Positions 9,236-18,691 are shown, counted from the first letter of the stretch. The stretch is DNA of 26,911 nucleotides from a virus (IMGVR_UViG_3300025890_000126:1-26911); one strand, 5' to 3'. Program-made: numbers and translations. Notes: a model not told the origin generated them from the sequence alone.

Positions 9236-9243
9236 ATAAATAT
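9236..9243 (-). promoter_or_regulatory. ATATTTAT motif (putative late promoter)
   Basis: The 16-nt context AATATTTATAATAAAT is identical to the one upstream of the fibre gene. Confidence 0.6.
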
Positions 9244-9258
9244 TACATATTTTTGGAA

Positions 9259-12200
9259 TCATTGAATTCTATATGAATTTCTTCCTATTGATTCCCCTAC
9301 TTTATTACCATCTAATTCTACTATAACAGGGCGGTTTACTACTTGATTCATTTGTTGAACAAATTGTTTCATAGTTGTATCTAAATCTGCTACTTTTTGT
9401 TCTAAAGTAGAATTATCGGTTGTTACATTTTCTACTACTGGGGTATTTTGTGGTATATTATATGATGTAATAGTTTCAATGGAATTGGCGTTAGTCATAC
9501 CATCATTAACATATGAAATGTTAGGAGAAACAACAACCCCATCATTAGTTGCAGTAACCGCAGTGGACCCAAATCTATCTGTTATTGAAAAGGGGCCTCT
9601 TGAAGGTGATGCAGATCCATCTTCTACTTTTTGTGGTAACTCAGTAAAAGCATTAACCATAAATTCTCCTAATCCTCCAGAACCAAACTTATCGGCTATT
9701 GCTTTTCCTAAAATTTGACCTAAAATACCTCCTACAATACTTCCAACTATAGTTCCAGGGGGTCCTAAAAGTGGGGTTAATGCTATTCCTCCTAATATAG
9801 AGCCCCCCATACCACCTAAGGTTTCATATCCAATACTTCCAAGTTCTTCATATAATTTTGAAATAGGTGGAGATTGAGGATCATTTTTATATTCCTGTAT
9901 AGCTTCATAACCTTTATATCCTCCTAGTAAAGCATCTATAATAGGACCAATATAAGGTAATTTTTTAGTAGTGTTTTTAGCTAAATTAAATGCTCCTTTT
10001 TTAATAGGGGATGAATTAAATATTTGACCTACTATTGATGGAGCATTACTTCCTAATTCTCCAAATGTATTATACAACCATTCTTGAGGGCTTGAAATGA
10101 ATTCTGATGCTACTTTTGCTGAGGAGATGCCAAATTCTGTTACTAAGTTATAATAATCTTTAGAGGCTTCAAATACTTCTCCAAAGAAACCATCTCTTGT
10201 ATAAGTTAACGATTTCTTTTCTAATTGGCCTTGTGGGCTAAGCATAAAATCAGGAGTTTGGGCTAAAGGAGTACTAGTTTGAGGTATTTCAGGTTGAGAA
10301 ATTAATTCAGGTTGAGAAACTATTTCAGGGTTATCTTTTAAATATTCTGCAAATTTCTTAGGTGTAAATAAGGCTCTATATGTTCTACCTCCTACAATTC
10401 CATCACTATTTAAACCTTGTGAAGATTGATATTGTTTTAAATATCTACGAGATCCCCCACCATAAAAACCATCTGAGAATCCCTCATCTAAATTATAAGT
10501 ATCTTTTAATGTGGTTTGTACATCTCTTACTAAAGTATTTTTTCCTACATCCTGCATTTTATATTTAAGGAGTTTATCTTTTTCATAGACTTCTTCGTGA
10601 GTAGGTGCGGGGGTGTAACCTTTTCTTAATGTAAGCTCTTCAACTTGAGGTGAAATGTTTTCTAATACTATTTTATGAAATTCTGCTTTTGATTCTGTTT
10701 TAGATTCTATTGAATTTTGAAGTTCTTCACCAAACCTTCCAGCAGGTTCTATTTCAGGGGAGGTTAAAAGTAAAGGTTGGGAAAATGCTATCTCTGGGGA
10801 AGGTTCGTTTATTTTTTCATTTGTTTTTATTTGTCTTTCAGCTCTTCTCTTGGCTCTTCTTGCTTGTCTTTCAACTTTTCTTTTAGCTCTTCTTGTTTGC
10901 CTCTTTTCTCTTTCACTTTGTTCTATAGGTGAAGGTTTTATTCCTAAAAGTTCTGTAGGGTGTTCTATTTCTAATCTATTATTTTCAACATAATCAAAAA
11001 TGTCTATTAATTCAAGAGGTTTTAATTTTTTATCTGCTCTTCGTTGTTTTTTTCTTTCTTTTTTTTCTTTACGAGACACAGCATCTTGAACTCTTTGAAT
11101 AGAACCCTCCTCATATTCACCAGTTTTGGTAGATAAATTAGCAGAAGGTACAACTCTAGAGCCATATTCTTTTTTACCAAAAATATAATCCCATCCTGTA
11201 GGAACGCCTATCTTAGGATTAATAGCAGATCTAAACATCTCTGCTTTTTCTTCACTTACATAATTTTTTATAAATTGAATAATATTTTCTCTGTATTGGG
11301 GTACAAAGAAGTCTCTTATATCTCTAGCTGCTCCGCCTCCAGCATAGCGATTTTTATGTGTGCTCCTAGGAGTTTTTTCTATATTGCCTATTATTCCAGG
11401 AAGTGGAGTAAAATCGTAAGGATTTAGACCTAATTCATTATACCTAGTATCACCCGTTTGTCCCTTAAGATTTTTTCTTATATCACGAGGAATGTAATTA
11501 TAATAAGTACTATATAATGAGTTTTCTATAAAATCTTCAACCCCTTCAGAAACTACAAAATTCTTGTTAATAAAATGGGTTTGATTTTGCTCTTTGGGTA
11601 GTACGGCTTGATATGAAGTAGCATTTCTAATAGAATTAAAAGTGCTAACAAGATCATTAATTCTTGTTGTATCAAAGTCTATTAACTCTGAGGTTCTTTC
11701 TTGGTTAAATCCGATTGTGTATCTGTGAGCTAATCCTTTTCCTAACCTTTCAATAGCTCTATATAAAGCTAATAAACCATTCCCCGAAGCTGAAATAGAT
11801 TCAATATCATTTGTTTTGTAATTAATTGCTGGGAAGCTTAATTCTCCTGAATTGGTGATTTGGTCTTGTTTTCCATCTTGGTAATTTACAATAAATGAAT
11901 CTTTTGCTGGTGGAGTATTGGCTGATGGGGTAAAATTAGATAATAGTTGGCTATCTGCCATGTTTTTCATAGTACTATTAAAATATTTTTTACCAAAGGA
12001 TTCTACAGCTTGTGCCGTAAATAAATCTTTATAATTTTCAGAGGTAACTCCAGTAACTCCTAATTGTTGAATAGTATTAAGGTTATTAATTTGGGTTGAT
12101 GATGTTGTTCCAGCAACTTCCGTATATGAAATATTTCCGGCAGTTCCATCTTTAACTTTTTGGACCATCACCCCAGATTGACCAACTTTAACATCTAAAG

Positions 12201-15200
12201 CACCAAAATTTTCACTTACCGGGAATACCGGACCTCCTTTTCCAGACATTCCATCAGATACATAAGAAACATTTGGTGATACTACCAATTTATCGTTAGG
12301 ATGGGTAATAGCTAGATTACCATTGACATCTTCGATTTTAAAGGGACCATTATTTGAAATGGAAGCAGCATCTGCTACTTTTTGAACATTATGAAATGTT
12401 GTAACTCCATCATTTGTTTCTTGTGTGACTCGGCTGTTAAAGGATTTTAAAAGTGTGCTCATAACATCTTCATTAACACCCTCGTTTTTTTGAAGATTTA
12501 CGATTATTTCCTCAATATTCTTAAGTTCTTCACTACTTATCCCTTCACTAGCAAAACCTTGGATACTATTAAGTTGTTTCTCAGTTAAAATACTTTTAAA
12601 TGTCTTACCATCTCCAATTTCAAAATCTAAAAGATTGCTAATTAAATTATTTGCCTCATCTTCTCCTGTTTGTGCGTTAAAAGATTTATATAGTTTTTCA
12701 AGTGATTCATTTATAAGATTAGCATTGATTGCCATTTGGTTTGATTGGACCCCCACTTGTGATACGTAGTTTTCATTTCTAGCAAGGGCTGTTTCTAAGG
12801 TTTTCCCAACTGCCATTAAACCTGCCGCAACCATGTCCCCAGTTTCTTCTAAATCCTTATCCAAAAACTCCGTTCCTAACTTACTTTGCTGTTCAACTGC
12901 TGCTCTAGTTGCTATGTCTAGTTGTTCAGGATTTAAAATTCCTCCAGTTGTTTCACTAATTAATTTTTTAGTTGCTTCAAATAATGTTTGGGTTTCAGTA
13001 ATAGCTTCTTCAGCAAATTCTTTAGCCATTTGGCGCTCAAAACCAAACCCGGTCATTAAAGCTTTTTCAACTGCTTGAATTTGGTCTTCTTTGTTATCAG
13101 ATGAATCAATTGCATCTTTTAGTTTTACCGTTCCTAGACCACTTCTATCACGTATAACCCTAAAACCCTCAATTGTCTTTTGAAGATCTTCAAATTGGGC
13201 TTTTTGATTATCATCTAAAATCTCTGATTTAAATTCATCATCATTTAAAAAGTTATTGATAACATTTTGCTTGGCTTCTATGCTGCCTTTATCTCCAAAT
13301 AATCTATCAGCTTCCTTTTGTGCTAATTTAGTTTGAGCATCTATTACACCTTGTGTTGAGGTCTCTAATTCAGCAAATTTAGTTTTTTGGTTATCAATAG
13401 CGGTTTCTAATAAAGTTGAAGATGTGATAACTCCACTAATAGCATCCTCATATTGTTTGGTTGTAATTTGCCCTGAAAGGAGGAGGTCATCTGCAAATTC
13501 TTTTAATTGGAGACCTGTTAATTCTAAAGCTCCATTAACCATAACCCCACTATCTTCAGCTAATGAATCAAATCCACTTTGGAGGTTTGTTGTTGATTGA
13601 ATTAATAAAAATTCTTGCTGTGCCTTTCTAAGGGATTGAGCTGCCTCTCTTTGTTTTTCGGATTCTACTAATTTTTTTCTAGCTTTATCTAAGGAGTCTT
13701 GATATTTTTCCATAGACCCTACAGCTCTACCTCCAAAATATCCTACACCCGCACCAATACCAGCACCAATTGCTGTACCTACTCCTGGTAGGATTAAAGT
13801 ACCTATAGCAGCTCCTAAAGCAGCTCCTCCTCCTGCTCCTACAAGTCCTCCTAAAGCTTCAGCACTTTCTCCTTCTGTGTTTCTTTCATTTAGTTGAGCA
13901 ACATCATAAGCACCTTTAGCTACAAAACCTGCAGCGGCAAGGGCACCTGCTACTGTTGCTAAGCCTGCAATGGCAGTTCCAGTTCCTGCTGCTGCTGTGT
14001 TTCCTGCTACAGTAGCGGTTCCTGCTCTTGCAGCATTTTGAGCAGCTGCTCCATATAATCTTGTTCCAGCAGCATTGGTTACTACAGCTCCTCCTTTTGT
14101 ACCTAATTGACCTGTTATATTAGGACTTAAAGTAGTAGCTATTCTACTTCCAAATCTACCTAAACGAGTACCTTGAGCAAATCCTGTTCCTCCTTGGGGT
14201 ATTCCCCCTGTTTTAGATATGTCTCTTACATACATAGGATTTAAAGGGGTAGCTCCCATTTTAAATAAAAGTTGCAAACCTTTTAAACCAGCCGCCCCTA
14301 GGATTATTTTTATAGGATTTTCTTTAATATAATTAATAGTAGCTTTTAATCCCTCATAAAAGGAAACTACTCCACTTGCAGCTGATTTAATGTTGTCCGC
14401 TATTTTTCCAGCATCTATCCCTTTAATAAAATTTGCTACACTCTCAGCTGTTGATTTTACTATACTTAAAGATCTTTCTAAAGGATCACCTATATTAGAA
14501 ATACCTTCTATATCAAATAATTCTTTTACTATGTCTCCGAGTAATCCATAAAAAGATTCAAATACATCATATACTGCTAAAAAAGTTTTTTTAATTTCAG
14601 GACCATGTTCTTTACTAAAGTCTATAAGGATTAATCCTATATCATTAAGTTTTTTACCTAATTTTGAGGCAGTACTAAGAAATCCCTTTTCTAAAGAATC
14701 AGAAGCATCTTCTATAGATATCCCAAATTCTTTAAAGAAAGGTTCCATTTCTTTTATCATTACCCCTCTAATGTCTTGCACTAGTTGTAATATACCTCTA
14801 AAAGCTTGTGCTACAGGTCTCATAGCTTCAGCCATCTCTAATTGTGATGTAACTAATGCTCTTTGTCTTTTAGCTTCTAATTCTTGTGCTGATGCTTTTC
14901 TAACTTGTTCTACTAATTCTCTGCTAGCCCCTTTTTCTCTCATTAAAGCCATAGCTTTTTCTTCAGAACCAGTTTTTTCAACTAATTTAAGATAATCTGC
15001 TTGAGCCTCACTCATGTCTTCAAACCCAGTGCCCGCTAAAAGTTCTTGAGTTTTGAGAACATCTGCTAATTCATTTCTAGTCATACCAACAGCAGCCGCT
15101 AATGCCTCTTGTTGGATAACATTCATTCTACCAAATTCAGCTGCTGATCCTGCTTGGCGGGATATTTCACTTGCTAATGTTCCTAAATCATTATTTAAAG

Positions 15201-17028
15201 CTGCTTGTCTTGCTTTTTCAAGATTTAAATTTTTCCCAGTTAATAGCTCAGCTTCCATTTCTTTAGAAATAGAACTTTCAAAATCTAAAAGGCTGCTACC
15301 TATACTTTCTACTTTACTTAATTCTAAACCTAATTTTTTGGCATTAAAAGCAGCAATTCCTAAATTAGTACCATGGCCCCTTGAAGTTAATACTATAGCA
15401 GAACTAGCATTTGCTACTTCTTTCATTACCTCACTTTCATTAAGGGCAATATTTTCTCTTGCTTTTAACGATTTAATTTGAAGACCATATTCATTATTTA
15501 ATTCTTCAGCATTTTTTCCTTGAAGTTGCCCTAATTTAACAAAATCAGCGGCTTGTTTATTAGTAAATCCTAATCTTTGAACTAAAACTCCAAAACTTTC
15601 TACAGTTTCATCACTAAATTTTTGGGTAGTACCAAAAGCTTGTTGTAAACTTTCTGTTAACTTAAGAACTTCTTCAGGTAACATTGCTAATTTATTACCT
15701 ATTCTATCGGCTTGATTAAATAAAGTTTTAGCTTCATTAGTACTTATGCCTAAATTAGTAGCTAAATCAGCTGTTGCTTGGGAGTATTTAAAGAGAAGTT
15801 CTTCACCTACTTTAAAAGATTGTACAAATCCTTTAATGCTGAAGAAAGAGTCCATAAAAAATTCTACAAATTCATTAAAATATCCTTTAATTTCTCCAGC
15901 TACTTTTTTGGCAGGAGCTAATAAAGCATTAAATGCTAATTTAAAAGGTTGTACAATAAATTTATTAAGGACTCCTAAAGTAAATAGTGCAAATATTTCT
16001 TTAGCTAAAACTTTAAGAAAACTACCTAATCCTTTAAAGAAAATGTTAAGTTTACTTCCCAATCCAACCGCTTCTTGTCCCGAGTTGGTTAATTGTTTAG
16101 CTAAATCTCCTGAGGCTTCACTACCTGCATCAATAGCATCTTGTATTTTAGAACCTTCAAACCCTAATCGTTTTAGGAGTTTACCTGAAATACCTAGTGT
16201 GTTATTATAGAAACTTTGGGCTCTATTTATAGTTTTTAATCTATTTTCTTGATCTTCAAGATAATCTAGTCCTTTTTCTTGTGCTATAAGCGTTTCTTGG
16301 AGGGCTAAAAGCATTTTTTGTTGAAGAGACAATCCATCTTCCTGCGTTTCAAGTTTATCTCGTTCCGTGCTTAAACCTTCTTCATTTAATAAAAATTCTT
16401 TTTGTAAATCAGTTAAGTTCTTTGCTCTAGCTGATTTTTGGGCTTCCATTGTCATAAGGGAGGCTTCAGCTTGTAGATAAGCTTCAGAATCCGCTTTTAT
16501 TCCTGCAAGAGCAAGTTCATTAATAAATTCTTCTTGTTCTTTTATTTTTACTTGAAGGTCAAAAAAACTTTCAGCTTCATTAACTCTTTTTTTCCCTAAT
16601 TTATCTTCTACAATTCTTTGTCTATCTTCTATGCCTAGGATTTTATTACGTTGAGCTTCAATTTTTTCTAAATCCTTTTTTTCTCTATCGTTTAATCTTT
16701 TAGTTTCAGCTCCTATATTATTAATAAGTTGTCTTCTATTACGTTCTGCTTTTTCAATATCTTTTTGAAGTTTTTTAATTTCTTCATAAGGATTTTGCAT
16801 ATCACGAGCAGCTTTAGCTACTTGTCTAATTGCAACAAGGGCTTGTTTATTACCTTCAGTAAAATCACCTTTTGATAATCTACCTAAAGCTCTATATTGG
16901 TCTACTAATTCACTACTTCTAGAAGATAAAATAGATATAAAATCAGAAGCATCTGTTAAACCGCTAGTATATTCTCCTAAAGCTTTATTAAGTTCCCTTT
17001 GATTTCCTAACTGATCTTCAGTAGCCAT
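9259..17028 (-). CDS. Tail tape measure protein with C-terminal cargo modules including a peptidoglycan-binding domain, 2589 aa
   Basis: Largest complete ORF, directly after the tube and chaperone genes. Coiled-coil N-terminus, Ala/Gly-rich helical core, glycine-zipper hydrophobic segments, and a PG_binding_1-type motif 'VRDVQTTL...DGFYG...YQSSQGLNSDGIVGGRTYRAL'. Confidence 0.9.
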   Translation of the reverse strand: MATEDQLGNQRELNKALGEYTSGLTDASDFISILSSRSSELVDQYRALGRLSKGDFTEGNKQALVAIRQVAKAARDMQNPYEEIKKLQKDIEKAERNRRQLINNIGAETKRLNDREKKDLEKIEAQRNKILGIEDRQRIVEDKLGKKRVNEAESFFDLQVKIKEQEEFINELALAGIKADSEAYLQAEASLMTMEAQKSARAKNLTDLQKEFLLNEEGLSTERDKLETQEDGLSLQQKMLLALQETLIAQEKGLDYLEDQENRLKTINRAQSFYNNTLGISGKLLKRLGFEGSKIQDAIDAGSEASGDLAKQLTNSGQEAVGLGSKLNIFFKGLGSFLKVLAKEIFALFTLGVLNKFIVQPFKLAFNALLAPAKKVAGEIKGYFNEFVEFFMDSFFSIKGFVQSFKVGEELLFKYSQATADLATNLGISTNEAKTLFNQADRIGNKLAMLPEEVLKLTESLQQAFGTTQKFSDETVESFGVLVQRLGFTNKQAADFVKLGQLQGKNAEELNNEYGLQIKSLKARENIALNESEVMKEVANASSAIVLTSRGHGTNLGIAAFNAKKLGLELSKVESIGSSLLDFESSISKEMEAELLTGKNLNLEKARQAALNNDLGTLASEISRQAGSAAEFGRMNVIQQEALAAAVGMTRNELADVLKTQELLAGTGFEDMSEAQADYLKLVEKTGSEEKAMALMREKGASRELVEQVRKASAQELEAKRQRALVTSQLEMAEAMRPVAQAFRGILQLVQDIRGVMIKEMEPFFKEFGISIEDASDSLEKGFLSTASKLGKKLNDIGLILIDFSKEHGPEIKKTFLAVYDVFESFYGLLGDIVKELFDIEGISNIGDPLERSLSIVKSTAESVANFIKGIDAGKIADNIKSAASGVVSFYEGLKATINYIKENPIKIILGAAGLKGLQLLFKMGATPLNPMYVRDISKTGGIPQGGTGFAQGTRLGRFGSRIATTLSPNITGQLGTKGGAVVTNAAGTRLYGAAAQNAARAGTATVAGNTAAAGTGTAIAGLATVAGALAAAGFVAKGAYDVAQLNERNTEGESAEALGGLVGAGGGAALGAAIGTLILPGVGTAIGAGIGAGVGYFGGRAVGSMEKYQDSLDKARKKLVESEKQREAAQSLRKAQQEFLLIQSTTNLQSGFDSLAEDSGVMVNGALELTGLQLKEFADDLLLSGQITTKQYEDAISGVITSSTLLETAIDNQKTKFAELETSTQGVIDAQTKLAQKEADRLFGDKGSIEAKQNVINNFLNDDEFKSEILDDNQKAQFEDLQKTIEGFRVIRDRSGLGTVKLKDAIDSSDNKEDQIQAVEKALMTGFGFERQMAKEFAEEAITETQTLFEATKKLISETTGGILNPEQLDIATRAAVEQQSKLGTEFLDKDLEETGDMVAAGLMAVGKTLETALARNENYVSQVGVQSNQMAINANLINESLEKLYKSFNAQTGEDEANNLISNLLDFEIGDGKTFKSILTEKQLNSIQGFASEGISSEELKNIEEIIVNLQKNEGVNEDVMSTLLKSFNSRVTQETNDGVTTFHNVQKVADAASISNNGPFKIEDVNGNLAITHPNDKLVVSPNVSYVSDGMSGKGGPVFPVSENFGALDVKVGQSGVMVQKVKDGTAGNISYTEVAGTTSSTQINNLNTIQQLGVTGVTSENYKDLFTAQAVESFGKKYFNSTMKNMADSQLLSNFTPSANTPPAKDSFIVNYQDGKQDQITNSGELSFPAINYKTNDIESISASGNGLLALYRAIERLGKGLAHRYTIGFNQERTSELIDFDTTRINDLVSTFNSIRNATSYQAVLPKEQNQTHFINKNFVVSEGVEDFIENSLYSTYYNYIPRDIRKNLKGQTGDTRYNELGLNPYDFTPLPGIIGNIEKTPRSTHKNRYAGGGAARDIRDFFVPQYRENIIQFIKNYVSEEKAEMFRSAINPKIGVPTGWDYIFGKKEYGSRVVPSANLSTKTGEYEEGSIQRVQDAVSRKEKKERKKQRRADKKLKPLELIDIFDYVENNRLEIEHPTELLGIKPSPIEQSEREKRQTRRAKRKVERQARRAKRRAERQIKTNEKINEPSPEIAFSQPLLLTSPEIEPAGRFGEELQNSIESKTESKAEFHKIVLENISPQVEELTLRKGYTPAPTHEEVYEKDKLLKYKMQDVGKNTLVRDVQTTLKDTYNLDEGFSDGFYGGGSRRYLKQYQSSQGLNSDGIVGGRTYRALFTPKKFAEYLKDNPEIVSQPELISQPEIPQTSTPLAQTPDFMLSPQGQLEKKSLTYTRDGFFGEVFEASKDYYNLVTEFGISSAKVASEFISSPQEWLYNTFGELGSNAPSIVGQIFNSSPIKKGAFNLAKNTTKKLPYIGPIIDALLGGYKGYEAIQEYKNDPQSPPISKLYEELGSIGYETLGGMGGSILGGIALTPLLGPPGTIVGSIVGGILGQILGKAIADKFGSGGLGEFMVNAFTELPQKVEDGSASPSRGPFSITDRFGSTAVTATNDGVVVSPNISYVNDGMTNANSIETITSYNIPQNTPVVENVTTDNSTLEQKVADLDTTMKQFVQQMNQVVNRPVIVELDGNKVGESIGRNSYRIQ

Positions 17029-17045
17029 GTAAAATATAGTTTATC

Positions 17046-17053
17046 ATAAATAT
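17046..17053 (-). promoter_or_regulatory. ATATTTAT motif upstream of the tape measure gene
   Basis: 17 nt before the ATG, directly after a hairpin. Confidence 0.6.
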
Positions 17054-17055
17054 GG

Positions 17056-17081
17056 AAGGGTGATGCTTTCGCACCACCCTT
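17056..17081 (-). terminator. Stem-loop after the chaperone pair (terminator or attenuator)
   Basis: AAGGGTGGTGC-GAAA-GCATCACCCTT with a GNRA tetraloop; weak U-tract. Confidence 0.6.
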
Positions 17082-17333
17082 TCATATACGTTCCCCTGCT
17101 CTTATGTCTGAGGGGGGTTTAGCAAAGTCTATTTGTCTGCTACCTCCTGAAGATTGGGTTGGCTGGGATGCTTCATTTTTTTGTTTTAGAAAATCTAATA
17201 TTTTATTAAATGTAAATTTTCGCAACCAAATAGGCATGTTGTATACTGTATGCCAATCAAATCCCCCATTACCATGATACACTATATCATGTATCATCCC
17301 AAACATATTTAATCTATATTCAGGCGTCAGGCC
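17082..17333 (-). CDS. Tail assembly chaperone second ORF (GT / T4 gp51-like extension), probably reached by frameshift; alternative own start at ATG 17306
   Basis: 'FFGLTPEYRLNMFGMIHDIVYHGNGGFDWHTVYNMPIWLRKF' overlaps the end of the upstream chaperone at a T7 run; 'YNMPIWLR' resembles gp51-like motifs. Confidence 0.7.
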   Translation of the reverse strand, partial: GLTPEYRLNMFGMIHDIVYHGNGGFDWHTVYNMPIWLRKFTFNKILDFLKQKNEASQPTQSSGGSRQIDFAKPPSDIRAGERI

Positions 17334-18111
17334 AAAAAAACGTGACCCCGATAGGGATCTTAACATCTTCTTGAGTATCACCACCATCTTCGGGGTAAAA
17401 ATCAAATGTTAAGTCCATATCGGGCTGGATCTCCTTGATATGCTCTCTTAATGCTCTTGAATCACGAGCTAAGAAATATTTGTCAACAAATTCTCTAATA
17501 GTTTTCTTTGAGTCATCCCCATTTACCGATAAAAGCATGTGCTTTAATCTAGTTGATAATTCAGCTGAGGATTGTTTGTTTATTTTTTTTAAACCTTTTA
17601 CTTCACCTTCAATCATTTTTTCATCTTTATTATTTAAGATTTTAAATGTTACGGGTGTTTCAGTATGAGGAAGAGTATAGTGGAATTCATTATTATTAGA
17701 TTCTACTAAATCTTCTTCTTTAATCCATTTAGGATCAATTTCAGATAAATCAATTGTAACCTCTTGTCCTTCGTATTCAAAGGTATAATCTTTACCATAG
17801 CCTAAAATGCGAGAGGCAACCATTATAGCGTTTTTATCGCCTACTACAAGGTCATCATAATTACACTTTGAAACAATCAGCGATTGCATCAACTTGTCAA
17901 GAACAATGCCTTGTCTAATGTAATTTTGGTTAGTTAATATATCTTCTTCTTTAGCTGTCATGTATTTCATTTCAACTTTACCAGAAGATAAGGGATTGTT
18001 TTTAGGATAAAGTAAACCTTTTGAAGGTAACTCTATAATTTCTGTAGGAAATTGGAATTTTTTTTCCACAGGCTCTATTTCAGGAGCTTTAACTGTTTTT
18101 TCATCACTCAT
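17320..18111 (-). CDS. Tail/baseplate-hub assembly chaperone (T4 gp26-like; G-type), 263 aa
   Basis: 'IELPSKG...VEMKYMTAKEEDIL...IRQG...D...IMVASRILGYG' gp26-like pattern, ending 'IPIGVTFFWP'; sits between the tube and tape measure genes. Confidence 0.75.
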   Translation of the reverse strand: MSDEKTVKAPEIEPVEKKFQFPTEIIELPSKGLLYPKNNPLSSGKVEMKYMTAKEEDILTNQNYIRQGIVLDKLMQSLIVSKCNYDDLVVGDKNAIMVASRILGYGKDYTFEYEGQEVTIDLSEIDPKWIKEEDLVESNNNEFHYTLPHTETPVTFKILNNKDEKMIEGEVKGLKKINKQSSAELSTRLKHMLLSVNGDDSKKTIREFVDKYFLARDSRALREHIKEIQPDMDLTFDFYPEDGGDTQEDVKIPIGVTFFWPDA

Positions 18112-18136
18112 TTGTTAATAACTTTTAATGTTTGAT

Positions 18137-18144
18137 ATAAATAT
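18137..18144 (-). promoter_or_regulatory. ATATTTAT motif upstream of the chaperone gene
   Basis: 25 nt before the ATG, immediately after the tube-gene terminator. Confidence 0.6.
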
Positions 18145-18146
18145 AT

Positions 18147-18182
18147 AAAAAAACAAGAAAAGCGCACTTTCGTGCGCTTTCC
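18147..18182 (-). terminator. Rho-independent terminator after the tail tube gene
   Basis: GGAAAGCGCAC-GAAA-GTGCGCTTTTC followed by TTGTTTTTTT. Confidence 0.85.
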
Positions 18183-18202
18183 TTATTAAAGTTTTGTATT
18201 AA

Positions 18203-18691
18203 TTAATAGTTTAATACACAGTAGTCAGGTGCTACAGTCATTGTAATAGACTGAGCTGTATTTTCTGTATCCCAGCTATAATCACCGAAATTAGCGTCTA
18301 CAATAAAGCATCCTTTCAAAATCCATTCTGAAACTATATCACCGACAGGACCTAAAACACTTAATGTTAAGTCCTTTTTGTAATAATCAGAATAACCATC
18401 TCTACCTGTTACGGATTCGTGGTGTAATCTTACCCATTCCATTATTTGTTGGGTTCCCGAAGGAGAAATGGGGTCGTGCAAGGTTAACTGAACATTACCC
18501 CAAGTTGTTTTACCCTTAACTTTTCTGTACACGTTAATGTGATTAAGAGTTACTTCACCTTGTGTTAATGTAATAGCACCAACACCTTTTACTATATATG
18601 ACTCAATGCCATCAACTGACATTAAGAATCTATTCTGTTGTTTGGGTTCAAACGCTGTAAAAAACAGCTCGTTTGTATCTAATACTGCCAT
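18203..18691 (-). CDS. gp19: Tail tube protein (T4 gp19-like), 162 aa
   Basis: 'FEPKQQNRF...GKTTWGNVQLTLHD...MEW...YKKDLTLSVLGPVGDIVSEWILKGCF...FGDYSW' typical of the gp19 family; directly after the sheath genes. Confidence 0.9.
   Translation of the reverse strand: MAVLDTNELFFTAFEPKQQNRFLMSVDGIESYIVKGVGAITLTQGEVTLNHINVYRKVKGKTTWGNVQLTLHDPISPSGTQQIMEWVRLHHESVTGRDGYSDYYKKDLTLSVLGPVGDIVSEWILKGCFIVDANFGDYSWDTENTAQSITMTVAPDYCVLNY

Noticed and set aside
17334-17340. Homopolymer sequencing error splitting one gene
   Set aside because: It cannot be excluded without reads, but the site lies exactly where G/GT frameshifts occur and the upstream ORF has a plausible native C-terminus (FFWPDA).
17334-17405. 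N-terminal part of the track's 107-aa ORF (start 17405)
   Set aside because: It overlaps the conserved C-terminus of the chaperone; the meaningful coding region appears to begin at the T7 run or at ATG 17306.
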